From positions 65,125-129,124 of the forward strand of contig CALWJZ010000001.1 of the NCBI GenBank assembly GCA_944381145.1: a stretch of DNA of 64,000 nt, written 5' to 3'. The notes under the pieces were generated by a model. It did not search any database. It was not told the origin of the DNA and saw only the letters and a list, made by a program, of their open reading frames with translations. This DNA comes from an uncultured Clostridia bacterium. GTDB taxonomy: Bacteria; Bacillota; Clostridia; Christensenellales; UBA1242. Below, piece by piece: positions 11,101 through 26,100 of this stretch (position 1 is the stretch's first letter; each line of letters starts with the position of its first letter). The position numbers and the translations under genes were made by a program.

Positions 11101-14100
11101 ATGCTCTTGAATGGGGTAGGTTTTTGATAACACAAAGTTCTAGTAGTGTTTCTACATATGTATTAACCAATGATATAGATTTTTCACCTACAAATGCCTC
11201 TTTTACATCTGGAGGAACTACTTATCACTATGATAACGAATATATAATGAATCCAAGCAAATCTTATACTTTTTCTAAAGTCTTGGATGGTCAAAATCAT
11301 AAATTTATAAATATAGTCGCTTTGTATGGAAATACACTTGAATTCGGCAATGCATTAGATTCTTCATATAATGGTCAGTCAAGTATTTTGTTTAATACAT
11401 ATAATTCAAATACTATATCAGATTTGTATATTTATAATCCAACAATTTATTATAATCTAGAAGCGTCTGAATCAGTTGGTATGATATTTGGTAGAATTTC
11501 GACCGGAGCAAACATTCATAATTTTGGAATATATACTGATTCTAATCATCCAATTATTGTACGTGGTGGATCTAAATTCAGTTTTATAACTTTGTATCAT
11601 TCAGGAAATTCTACTTTATATAATATAAGTATGGATATTTGTGCTGATTTTGGTGTAAATGAAAATTCCACAAAAAATTTAGTTGTAAGCGCAATTGATA
11701 CTATAAACAATGGCCCATGTTATTTAAAAAATTCATACTTCATTATGAATTCTATAAATTCTGGGAAAGTTCAAAATATAAGTAGTACTTACAAATCTAC
11801 ATATTCAACAATTAACATCAATCAAAGCAATAATAAAATTGAAAATGTGTATGTTGTAAGTACTAATTCAAATAATAATGTAACTAGTTATAAAAAGACT
11901 ATCAATACTAATAGTGGTACAGTATCAAATTTATATTATTTATCAAATTCTGCAGATGGTGGATTTGGAATAAATTTAACAGAAACTCAGTTTCAAACTC
12001 AAAATAGTTTTGTAGGCTTTCCGTTTGGATCGGTTTGGGTATTTGATAAATCTTCAACTAATCTAAATAGTTATGTTGATAGTTATAACCAATTTAATAG
12101 GGGTTATCCTTTGCTTGTTACAAGTGGTATGACTTTGGCAACTATTGAAAATTTTGAATTTTATTTAAATGGTCAAAAAGTAACTGCAACTACTCCTACT
12201 GGAAACAAAGTCTATATCAGTGAAGATACTAATTCTAATACTATAACCATGATGTACAATGGTGACACAAATAGTTCTGGTGATGAACCAACTTGGACTT
12301 TACCAAATACTATTGCTTCTATTAGTAGGCAATCTATCTCTATTACTTTAGATAAGTATATAAACTCTAGAGTATACTTACAGAGAGTCGATTATTATAA
12401 TGGTTCTACAACACAAACAATACTTGCAGGTCAGTATGGATCGTTTGGTTCTTCTTCATCGCAGTCTACACAATCATTTACTCCTAGGGTAAATAGTAAT
12501 AATACTATAAGAGTATATTTTACTACTCCAACTATCAATTTTAGGACAAATAGTGCTTTGAATATTTCAAATGCTTTTACAACAAATTTAACATCTAGTG
12601 TATTTTATACTGGATATAGTAATTATTACTTTTTGACTGATCCTTTAGAATTTAATATTACTGAAAATCGTGAAGCTATCAAAATAAGCAAAATTAAATT
12701 CAATACTACAACTCTTCAACCTTTTAGTACGACGAGTGGAAACTATATTACTAAATCATCATCAAATTATACATTTAATTCTGACAAAAGCGTATCTATT
12801 AGTAATTTTACTTCTAATCTAAATATAGAAATTACAGAAGTTTATGTTAAAGTTTTAACTAGTTCTGATTCCACAAACATACCTATAACTATTCATACGC
12901 CTGGTAATAGTAATGTTTATAACCATTCTAATAATTTATACTATTTGCCATATACATCAAACAATTATAGTTATGAGATAAAAGTTACTGATCGTGATAA
13001 TACAAATAAAATTGGAAGTTTAAAAATCTGTAATACAACATACTATTCTAGCACAACTAGTTATGGCAGTAATGTTTTGCAAGATGGTACTAATACACAA
13101 AATTCTTATTTAACGATAAAATATGATACTACTAATTCAAAAAATAGTATGTATTTTAATAATCAGTTAGCAAGCAATACTATACCTCAAAAAAATCTTT
13201 TAAAATTTGCATATGATAATTCTGGATTGTCTAATGGTTCTGTTTTGATATCTCAAAGCAAAATTCAATCTACATATAATATCGTAGTTAGATTAGGAAC
13301 AATAGGGAATGCCCCAGATATTTATAATGACATCAAACTTAGTTATAATAATACTTATAGTTCATTCAATTCATCAACAAATTCGACATATAATACTTCA
13401 TATCAAGCAACAGCAACAAATTTGCCAATTAATACAAATATTTCTTTAAATTTAGGTTTCTATAATGGCTCATCTGTTACTAAATTATCAAAAGCAAGTG
13501 TTGACAATAATAATTATGCTCCTTATTTAATTGATGGTAAATATTATAGAATGTATTGGACAACTGGTGTAAGAAATAGTTCTTCTTCCTATATTACAAA
13601 TTCTTATACATATACTCAAAGTACTACTAATACTCACTATGTCAATGTATATCTTGTTGAAATGTTGACAACAAAATTTCTTTTGTATGATGCTGGAATT
13701 TATAATGCTCCTATGTATTCATCTTTGTATTCTGTACATGGTGCTAGAGCGAGTCATACAATAAATATTGGATACAATACCAGTGCAAGTAGTAGCGGTA
13801 GCAATACAATTAATCAACTAAGTAGTTTACAAAACAATAATTATGTATACTATACTGATTACAATGCTAATGCTTCATATCAATTAACATTCGATAATTC
13901 TTTTGAAGTAGGCTCTCAAACCTATAATTTAAGCGAATTATTTCAAATATCTTATGTCAAATTTAATAATGTAACTCAAAGTTTAAGCAATAATAGTGTT
14001 TCAAAAAATATAACTTCAAACTCAACTTTCTCTCCTTATATTCAACTGAAAACAACTCAAGTAGGAGTTTACATTGTTAATCCAGCATTACAATTCAGTA

Positions 14101-17100
14101 ATAGTGATGCAAATTATTTATCCAACTTAATTCCTTGGATTAGTTTCTATACTTGTAGTAGTGGTGATTCTACACATAATAGAGTTAATCTTTCTACGTA
14201 CCCTAATGCTCAATCAGGATCTCAGTTCCAAAGATTAGCTACATGGAGTGGTTCATCGCTTAATGCTAATGCAAACATATATGTGACTGGTACATCTAAT
14301 AAAGTTGCAACAATTTCAATAAAACCAACAGGAACTGAAAACAATGCTTTTGCGAATTTAACTGATAACTATGTTTATGTTGTAACTACTATTTATGGTA
14401 ATTATTTCGAAATTACTCGTGGAGATAAAGATACTACTACAAATGAAAGTTATGATAAAAATATTTTGGTTAGTTTAACATCTACAAATTTAGGAATTAA
14501 AACTCAAACTAAAGGTACAATTGATGGAAGAAATCAGATTATTAGTATTCATGGACATACTCTTGTGAAAGAAACAAGTGAAGATAATAATTATTCTACC
14601 ATTGCATTTACATATGCTCCTTTTGTAACTCTTAACTTTAGTTCTGAAACTATAAATCATTCAGTTCAAGCTTCGAATAGTATAAAAACTGCTGTAAGTA
14701 ATATTAGCGTAAGTGCTGTAATGGATAATAATCCAAATGTTGTTATAAATCCATTTAAATCAAATAATCCAGAATGGACTTATGACTTGACTGCAACTCA
14801 AACTTCACCAGAAGTTAATCTTGTAGTTACAGCACGCTTAACAATTAAAAATGGCTATTTTTACAATGGAATTAAAATTAATAATATAGAATTTGGTCCA
14901 GATGTTGAAACTCCAGGAACACAAGGTATAACAATTAGTTTGAATGGTAATACATTAACAATTGTAGTTACTTTGAATAAACAACAATATAATCAAACTG
15001 ATAATAATGTATTATCAAACATTAATCCAATTTTCGAAGAAATCAAAACGTATGGACCAGGTAGTGATGCAACAAAAGGAACATCTAATATTGAATTGGT
15101 TGGTAGAGGTACTTTAAAAATATTTGATTATTATGGAAGCAACAAAAATCAATTATTAATCACTTCTAATACTTCTGGCTCAAATATGCCAATTCAAAAT
15201 TCAACTTTAAATGTTTATTATTATTCACAATTAGAAATAGTATTAACTAGTGCTACAAATTTTGTTTGGCAATATTACAAAGTGAATTCATTTGAAAAAA
15301 GAAACACTTCATATGCTAATGGGCAAGTAACAATTAATAGTTCAACTTCTGGCATATCATCAAATAACTTAGGTACTGTTTCTAATGCATCTCAATTTAC
15401 AATTTATGTTGAATATGTTTCCAAAATAAAAGTTGTATCATCGATTCAAAATGATGCAAATTACTTATCAAATCATGATATTTCTAATAATGGAATAGAG
15501 TCTCTTGTATCATCAATTGAAGCAACTGATAATAACATAACTAGCAAATCAGTTACATTTACTCTTACTCCTGATGAAAATTTCAAGGTTATGTTTTATG
15601 AGATAATAGTATTCAAGACAACAAATCCTACTTCATTAAATAAATCTACAAATTATGTTTCATATCAATTAATTAGTTCTGGCTCTAAAGAACATAGTAT
15701 TTCTTATACTAATATGCAAGTTAGTAATTCTGATTTTGATTCAAATTTCAAAACTACTCTAAATACTGACAAAACTGAATTAACTATTGATTTTGTTTAT
15801 ACTAGAGATGGAAAATCATATTCTGAAAGTAATTTCTTTGGTGCTACTGCGTATATTGAAGTTATTCCTTATATGATAGAAACTCCAAAAATTATTACTC
15901 TAAATAATACAACAAATTCTGCTGGAGTAAAATTCGCTGTTGATACAACTCAAGTTAGATATGTTAGAGGATCTTTCACAGGCAATATTTCAAGTCCAAA
16001 TATAGAATTGTTTTATCGTAGTACAGGGAAAACTACTGCAACAGGAACAACTGCAAATGGCTATACTACATTCGATTTTGGAAAAGTAGAAGCTTCAACA
16101 AAAATGGTAGTTTACAATGATACGGTAAATCACTATGATACTATTGAAATAAGCACAAACGGGACTGATTGGTATACTGTCTATGACAAATTCGTAGATG
16201 GTGAATCAACAAGTACATTAACTCTTGATTTTGTTGCTGATAATCATTTATCTTTTACAAACTTGAGCAATAATTATTACTTAGATAACTTAGTTGCTAG
16301 TAGTACAACTAATATAATATCGGGAATGAATGCTTACATACCTGTTGTAGCAAACAAAACATATAGTATTTATTCGTTTATGGAAAATTATGGCTTCAAA
16401 GTTCATGTTTATGATAATAATTTTCAACAAATTTCTGTAAGTGCTGAAATTTCAGCAGGTAATGGTATAGATTATAATGTTGGTTCAACTGGTGCTTATA
16501 TAGGACTTACATTTATTAGATCATCATCAGCATCATCATCTAGTGCAAATCTACAAGAATTGAAAAATAATTTCAATATTGGCTTCCAAATTTATACTTC
16601 TGGATCTGCAGACATAGATTTTTATAGTCCAACTGAAATATATGTAGGAAGCGATAGCAATATTAAATTAGAAAGTGCAGATGGAGTAGGTGTTCGATTA
16701 GTTACAAAAACTGATTCTTATGTAAATGAAATATCAACTTCGGCTTCTAATGGTACTGATTATTTAAGAAATGATATTTCTGAAATAAATGGTGCAACTA
16801 ATGCTTTTTATGTAGGATCTAGAAAATATTATCAATTTAATCCTAAATATGATATTGATATCAATGTTGTATCAAGTAATGCAACACTTAATGCCGATAT
16901 TATTAATAGCATTGTTTCAGACATTTCACATTCTAGTTTATTGAATTCAAACAACGGTAAATATTTCTCAAAAAGCAATAGTTTAAATCCTACTGCAAAT
17001 GATTTTGAATTTAATTATAGTAATATTAATCTTCCAATAGGCTATGAATTTGTTAGTCTTTCACTTGTGGGTCAAAATGACAATACATATGTAAGTTCAT

Positions 17101-20100
17101 ATTATACAGAGTCAACTTCTCTTTCTGGATATTTTGATCACGAGGAAAAAGACAATAGTGAAACATTTACAGTTAAACTTACAATAAAAGAAGTTGAATA
17201 CGAATATACATTTGGTCATAATTGTAATAATTCGAGTTGTCCTGAATGCTTACAAGGACATTTGAATGTATATACAAGTCTTGCAAATTCAAATTCTTCT
17301 AGTGTAGTTTCAACTACTGGACAACCTAAAATAAATGTTGCACAATTGATTGTAAAAGCAAGTTCTAATGCTACAGTTTCTGATAATAGTACAATTGCCC
17401 CAACATCTATAAGTTCAAACATTCCTAAAGCTGTCTATAATGGTGGATCAATGTATAGTAATATTGATCAAATAAAAAAGACAACAATTACTTTAGGATA
17501 CTTTAGTTATACATATGTTGAAGCTATTAGTAGTAATCCAAATGAAATATTCATAGGAAAATGGGACATTATAGATTCTACAGAAAATGGAAATAATAAT
17601 GTTTCAACTTATGCATATTATAATTGGCAAGGTAATAGCGATACAAAAACATTTGGTATGGCAAATGGCGAATATGTTGAGCATTATATTGATAGAAATT
17701 TAGATAAATTATCTTTTGATAGCAATTATACTGTAAATATTAGACATCAATTTTTCTCAACATACAAAATATATTTGAAAGCGTTTATTAATAATTATAT
17801 TAATTCTACATCACTAGTTGAAAATGCTTCAGTAATTGAACATAGTAATACTATTTCTGCTTCAAATACAGAAATTTATAATATCAAAGATGTTAACGAT
17901 AATATTATAGGTAATATTAACGTTGTAATTTCTGGAGATTACACAAAAGGTACAGAATCAAATATTCCATATATTAGATTAATTGCGGGAAATAATGTCA
18001 CTATAACATATACAGATACAAGCGAATATCATGCGATTAATCAAGGAAAAGTTACAGGTTCTAATTTGCATTATGGATCTGGTAGTACTGTTGTTGACGA
18101 AATAATATTAAGTGAGGATAATACTACTATCCAATTCAACAATAGGTCAGGTACTTCAGGTTATGACAATAATGAAATAAATTCAAACAATTGGCTTGAA
18201 GGATATAATCCTACTTCAAATGGTACAATTACCTATACACTTTCTAATACTGGCAGTACAACATCTTATTCTAGTAGCAATCTTACGTTTGAAACATATT
18301 TTGATACTTATCATAAAATATATTTTGATAGAATAAATGCAACTCCTTCAGATGGAATTCTTGCAACAGGTGAGATATCTATTACAGAAAATGAAGATTC
18401 TGCAAATTCTTCCAATTCTGATAATTCCTCAGGTACAACTTTGGGACAAAATTACATAATATTATACGTAAAAGAAGGTAATTCGTTTAAACTTTCTGCT
18501 GAAGATGGAAGTAATAGCTCTGACGGATTGTATGCAAAAGATAAAGTTTATTCTATATCTCAGTTAATAAATGGTTCTTTTGTTATAAATGGAATTTACG
18601 AAATTGATTCTAGTAAATTCAAATCAGATTCTTATAATACTTATTATCAAACTATTATTCAACCTACAACATACAATACTGAAGGTTTATATTCTACAGA
18701 GAGTATCGATGTTGTATCTTCATTAAGTCAAGATTTGTATTATACAGCATTTTATGCTTCTGCTATGCAAATGCAAATAGAATATGATTTGTTAAGTGAT
18801 AATATTAATGAAAATTTTGTAGTAAAATTTGATAATTCAACTAATGAAATATTGTTAGGTACAGATGGAAATTATGGAAAAGTTTCTGTTTGGTCAAATT
18901 TTGATTGCACAGTTTCTGCTCCTCTTCATACTGATGGTTATATAATTGTAGGATCGAATGGAAACTTTGTTTCTACTCCTAATTTATATTTCAAATATGA
19001 TGGAAGTGGAGAAAATGTTTATAATAGTACATATGCTTTTTCAAAAATGCAATATTATACTGGAACTAATATTTCTGGTAACTGCGAATTTGTAGATTTG
19101 GTATCAACTGAAACATCTGCTAATTCAAAGATTTATCTATCCGATAGTGTATCTTATGATACAAAATTTAAAGATAATGTAAATTCTAATCATACAAATC
19201 ATAGTGCTATTAAAATACTTTTGAGTAAACAATATGACGTAAATATTATTTATAGAATTAGAACAAGTGTTGATGATAATTATGCAAATATTAATATTCG
19301 TAATAATGCTTATGTTTATTTAGGTACAAATACATTACCTACAGCAAGTAATTATTCAAACTCATTTAATAATTATAACAATGATGAAAATTCTTATTCA
19401 TATTTTACTAGAAGGTTCACATACAATACTGATATTTTGCTTAGTGCATATGTTCCAACAAATAATGTTTACCTTCCAGATACTGGTGGAATTACAGGTA
19501 ATTTCCGTATTGTACGAATTTCTAGAGAATTACAATTTGATTTAGGTGAAACAATAAATCATGATGGTTTTGCTAATGCTACATTAAACTTTACAGTAAC
19601 ATCAGATACTGCAGGAATATATTATATTGATATAGTTCAAGTATTGAAATTGGATACTTATGCTCCTGAAAGAGAATATATTTCTTTAACTGGTTATAAC
19701 AATAGAGGAAGTCATATTGGAGCAACTATAGAATTTGAAAATGCAGATGGCAAACAAATATATGATGGCTTTACCATTTATTCACACAATGATTCTACCT
19801 CTACATTGACAGGTAAATATGTAGATAAATATGATACTGTTACAATAAAACCAATTTTCGAAGAAGGTTTCGAGGCAAATATAGTTGAAAATTCTCAGTT
19901 TGGATTCCAAAATATTGAAAATTTATCATCTAATGGTGATGGTAGTTATAACTTTGTTGCAATTATTAATCATGTTAATAGTGAATCATCTAGCAATGCT
20001 ATAAAGTTATTTACAATTGAGAAAAAAGTTTATTATGATATGTACTATGGTATTTGTGACAAAGATGGAAATTTATATACAAGTAGTTCGTTACCTGAAG

Positions 20101-23100
20101 GAATAACTTTATCTAGTCTTTTTGCACAAGGCGCAAAAACTATTGTCACAAATGACAATATAATAAGTAATAGTAATCCTACTACCTACATAACAGGATA
20201 CATATTAAGCGACACTCCAGTAGAGGGTTACAATAATATTACAACTGTAAATAGATATATAGGATATTTTGGAAATATTGAATTTACTGTGGAAACAAAT
20301 GTAGTAACTGGAGGTTATCAGTTTAGAAAATTTGTTATTGATGGTCAAAATGAATTATATGATCCAGCAATTACACATAACATTACAGGATTTAATCATA
20401 ATGGTTTAACTAACAAGGGAGCTAATAACTATACTGGTGTTATAGAGTTAGTAGATAATACTGCAGTTGTTAATACAGATACCATCGCACTTTCAGCATA
20501 TTTTGTATATACATATGCAATTACAATTGATGTTAGATCTTCTGATGCACAAGATATTGATTTGGGTGGAAGTGATTTCAATACATTATTTGGTACTAAT
20601 GAATTTTTAAAAAATGGTTTAATTTACAACAAACAATATATTGTAGAATACGGAGATAGTATAACTCAATCAATAAGTGCTTTGATTAAACCAAGATTTA
20701 GTTCAAATGGAAATTATATTAAAGGTTATATGTATTATACATTAGCCAAAAATTCAAATTCAAATATTACAACCAATAGATCGGGAGATACTCTCAATAT
20801 AACAATTGGGAATGTTATAAGTTCAGAAAGTATTAGTATAATTTATCATCCAATACTTTGCATTTCACTAAATCCAGTAATTTCTGGAAAAGGTACAATA
20901 ACAACTGAATTTTCTAATACATCATTTGATGTAAATTCCTACACAAATTGGAATAATAATAATTCTAATATTGGAGTGTCCTATACTTCAACTTCTAGAA
21001 TGTATTCTAATGGCAATACAAAATCAACTCAAAATATAGAACCGGTTCAAACACCTGCAATTTTCGAAAAAACTTATCAAGATTCAACTACTACATATGT
21101 TTATGTTGTTTATGGGGGATCTGGAGCAAGTGGTTTGAAATATACTACAACAGCAACACCTTATATAGAAAATGCAGACAATATTGAATCATCAGAAAGA
21201 TATATTCCTCATGAATTATATTCAAATGGTATAACAAAACATTATCAGATAGAAGTTAGTACTGGAGTATTTGTTGATTACGAAGAACTTGCTGACGGTG
21301 TAAATAATAATACTTTGGTGGATTCTTCACTTAGAGAAAATTATTATTCAAATAATTTACTTGAAATAACTGACGAAAATAATCAAAATATTTTGCCAGT
21401 TGTAAATAGTTTTGAGATAGGTGGCAGTTTTGTTAGAGAATATACAATTGAAATTAATACTCATTTATCTGATTATAATACACACCCATCATCAAATATT
21501 TATATTGTTGTAAATGGTGTTGAATATTTAATAGAAACATCTAACGAAGAAGGTGATTACTATTATAAGAATGTTCATGCTTTGAATGATTTAAATGATT
21601 CGTCTTCGAACGAAAATGAAATAACAAATATTATTGTTGAATGGGACGATGATAAATATGAATTTATTTATGACCAAGTAGATTTAATAAATAATAATTC
21701 AACTGTAAGTTCATATCAAACTTTAGGTGCAAGCAATACAATAAGAAATAGTGATGAAAACATTGTTGCTTATGCAAACGCTTTGCCAATAGGTACAGAA
21801 TTATTCAACGACAAATATTCACGAACATTTAATTTTGTTGAAAAAAGAAATGTAACATTAACAGTAAACCCTGAATATTTAAATGCTGATTTACAACCTA
21901 ATATAAAAATAGAACAATTAATTTCAGATCCAAATGGTGTAAATGTAGAAGGTGGTTCAAATAAATTTAAACCAGATTCTTTGACAGATGGAAATTATGT
22001 TGGAACAAATATATCAGTGGATAATATTGAAACACATAATAATTCTATAAGTGCAACTGTTCAGGCATCAAACTATGAGATTACTCTATATGCTGAAGAT
22101 ATATCTCAGGCTTCTTCATATAAATTCAATGGATTTATAATAAATGGTGTATTAAATGACAATGTAACAGTTGATGGTATTTATTATAAATTAAATGTTG
22201 CCATACCATCTGATAATTTGGGTACCACTTATAACATTGTTGCTGATTATACACTTGATACAACTAACAAAGATATTATAAATATAAAAGGTAATGGATA
22301 TTTTGAATTTGGATATTCAACGGCTAATACTGCAAGTGAAGCTGTACAAAACTACACAAAGTTTAATGACACAAAGTATGCCGATGTTATTAATGAAATT
22401 ACCAAAGACGTTGTTGCTCTTGAAAATAATAATGTAAATTATCTAGTAATCAAGGCATATCCAGATAATTATTCAAAATTAGACAGTGTTTCTGCTATGT
22501 ATCCAGATGCTACTGATTTGGATTTCTCATTAGGTTTTGATACTGATAATGCTACTTTTGTGGATTATTTGTATGATCAAAATAATAATTTGTTTGTTTA
22601 TTCTGTAAAAGATTATGGTCCAAGTTATGATTATATGCAGGTAAATACTGAAATTACGCTTGTATTTACTAGTGACACTTGGAGAGAACATACTGAAGAA
22701 ATAACTACATCTACAATTACAAAAAATTCAATCTCTAAAACTGGATACCATGTAACCACACCACAGCAATTAGCATATCTTGCAAGCAATAGTACAATAC
22801 TTGAAAGTTCTAATACTATAATTTACATTGACGCTAATCTAGATTTAAGTAGTTATTTATGGTTGCCAATTGAAAATTTTGCAGGACAGATAATTTCTGA
22901 AAAATACTCTATTACAGGTATAAATGTTGTAGGTCAACAAAATATTGTTTTGGAAAGCAACATACCAGGCACAGTTGTATTTACTAATGTATATACAACA
23001 AACAAAGGTTATTCTTCCAATCCTACCAAACAATATTATGTATATACACAAGATAGTTCTATGGGATTATTTGGCAGTACAAACGGGGCTACCATAGAAG

Positions 23101-26100
23101 GCCTAAATATAGGTAACTTTAATGGAACATATTATAATTCAAAAAATGTTTATAATGGCAGTATTATAGGAAATGCAACAAATACTACAATTTTAGATGT
23201 AAATCTAACAAGTAATATAAATTATACTTCAATATCTTCTACTGTTACATCTTCAAATTATTATTATTCATTATTTGTAGGTGCTACAAATGGATATAAT
23301 GTTATTAAAAATTGCATAAGTACTGCAAACTACTCATCAAGTGTTTCTGGTGCTAATATAAATGTGTCATTTATTATAGGTAATAGTAATTGCAGTAGTG
23401 CTGTTATTAGTACAGATAATGGAATGCAAACAGGAGATTATATTTCGAATGTAAGTTTAACAAGCAATTCTAGTAACATACGTAATGCAAAAAATTTAGC
23501 GGGTATAATAAGTAACCAAACAGCAATTTCAAACATTTACGCAGATAATATATACATAAATTTAAGTGGTGATAATTCTGCTTCTACTAATGTAATTTGT
23601 AATAATATAAATAATTCAAATATTTTCAAATATGATACAATTTATTCTAATAATTTCTATAGTTCGAGTGAGTCAGGTGATTTATTCAGTATAGATAGAG
23701 TAAGTAATTATGACAATAATCGTTGGAATAATTCTAATCAAAATAATAGAAATCTTAGAATATCATCTACACTTTATGAGTCTTCTCTAAATGTAAATGC
23801 CCATGTAAGTGGTACAGAATCTAATCCAACAATTATTCCAATATCAAGCAAAGATCAACTTATAAGTAACTTAAATGCAATAAACAGTGATTTGAGTTAT
23901 GTTGAATTAAGACTTACAAATAATATTGATTTTGGTGGCGATGTTTGGAAAACTATAGATCTACCAAATGGTTATACATTTAATGGTGCTGGATATACAA
24001 TTTCAAATATAGTACTAAATGAATACAACAATTTGATTGATTCAAAATCATTATTTGGAATAAACAATGGCATCATAAAAAATTTATATTTGCAAGATAT
24101 TTACATGTTAGTAGGTGCGATGGCAACTTATAATCCATCAAATTATGCTATAATTGCAAATGAAAATAATGGAGAAATATTCAGTATAAGTGTTAGAGGA
24201 ACTATTGATGTAAATATCAATAACTCTGAAAATAATGTAGTTTATATTGGTGGGTTGATTGGTACAAATAATTCTAATGATTTATATGAAATAGAATTAA
24301 TTGGAGAAATTAATGTTGGATCATTTAGTTTGAACACCACTTCACTAAAATTTGTTGGTGGGCTTGTAGGTTACATGAATAATGGTAGTTTAAATAAAGC
24401 ACATTCAAGTGTAGTAATTAATACTTATGGAAATAGTAATGTAATAAATACTGCATCAAAATTTGGTGGATTAGTAGGTAAACATACTTCATTAATTATT
24501 AAAGATAGTTATTTTGGCAATTATGAGAATAGTGAATATTTAGCTGGTATAAATGAATATGAAAAAACAAATAATTCAATGGCTTATGTAATAAGTGGTG
24601 AAGGAACAAACCTTGATGTCCAGAGTTTTTATTCAAGTGCAAACTTTTATATAAAATCTGCAAATGGATTAAGCAGTGGTAACATTAATAGTAACTATGC
24701 TTATATGTTAAATACAACATATTCATCTCTTCCAAGCAACATTACATCAATTACAGATGAAAATCTAAAAAATCAAAATAGCCTAGTGGGATTTGATTTT
24801 GAAAATATTTGGTATTATGATAGTTCAGATTACTTGTATCCAAAATTAATCGGTAACAAAAATACTCATGATTTAAAAGTTACTCTGACTGTTGAGGGTA
24901 TTGATCATGTTGATAGTGAAAATATAATTAATGTTGGAACAATAACTAATAGCAAAAATTATGAACAGATTATATATGGTACAAAATACGAAAATAATCA
25001 CACTAATAATTCTATTGATTATTACGTACAAGCACTTCATGATGACACTATTTCTTCAGGATATACTATAGACATAAATGCAAATGAAAATTATCATATA
25101 GTTGCAGTTATTCTTGATGGTATTACTATTCGAAGTTCTAACTTCCGAAATGTTCCAGTGACGAGCTATGAAGATTTAGATTTGTTTGAAATAATTAATT
25201 CTGGAGCATTTAGTAATATAGAAAAAACATATGCAAATACTAATGAACATACTTTGCGAATTGTATTTAGCAAAAATTTCTATTACTATGGTACAGGAAT
25301 TAATGGATCAACAAGCAATTCTTCAATAAATGAATTTGGACAAATAACTTATACCAATGAATATGGACAGACAGTTGTTACAAGTACATCTGTTAATGAT
25401 AAAAACAATAGATTAAGCGATAATACAAATTATTATAACAATCGAACTTCTGATACTAATACTTGGACATTAAGTTCTTCAACTCAAAACTTTTATTATA
25501 AAAACACATCAGGACAAAGTGCTCCAAATAGTGCAAATAGTACTGTTACATTTACATTTAATGCAAAAAGCGTTGTAGGTGATATCAATTCATATATAGG
25601 TGTTAGACTTATAGGTTGGGTTTATATTCCTTATGGTAGTTTGATGACTTTCGACCAAGCAAAGACGTCCTCAATAATTAAATATAATGATAATGGAACA
25701 GTAATATCTATTGAAGCTAATGGAGAAGCAAGCTCAGTTATCCAGTATATTGATGCTTTATCTAATACAAACTTAACATCAATTACACTAAATAATGGAA
25801 AAACTACAACTAGATATATTAGCTCTTCAAGTATTACTATTACTTCTGATGCATTAAGTGAAGGATACTATTATCCATATGTTGAATATGTTTATACATC
25901 ATCAGTTGTAAATACATTGCATTATCATACTCATAATGAAAATTGCTATAATGATGATGGCGAATTAACATGTAATGATGATCTTACACATTCTTTTGAT
26001 TATGGTGGTTCTTGTACTGAATGTATTAATGGATATATTTCCATAAATGGTTTTGTATATCATGTTATTAACAATAAAGTGACTTATAATGATACAGATT

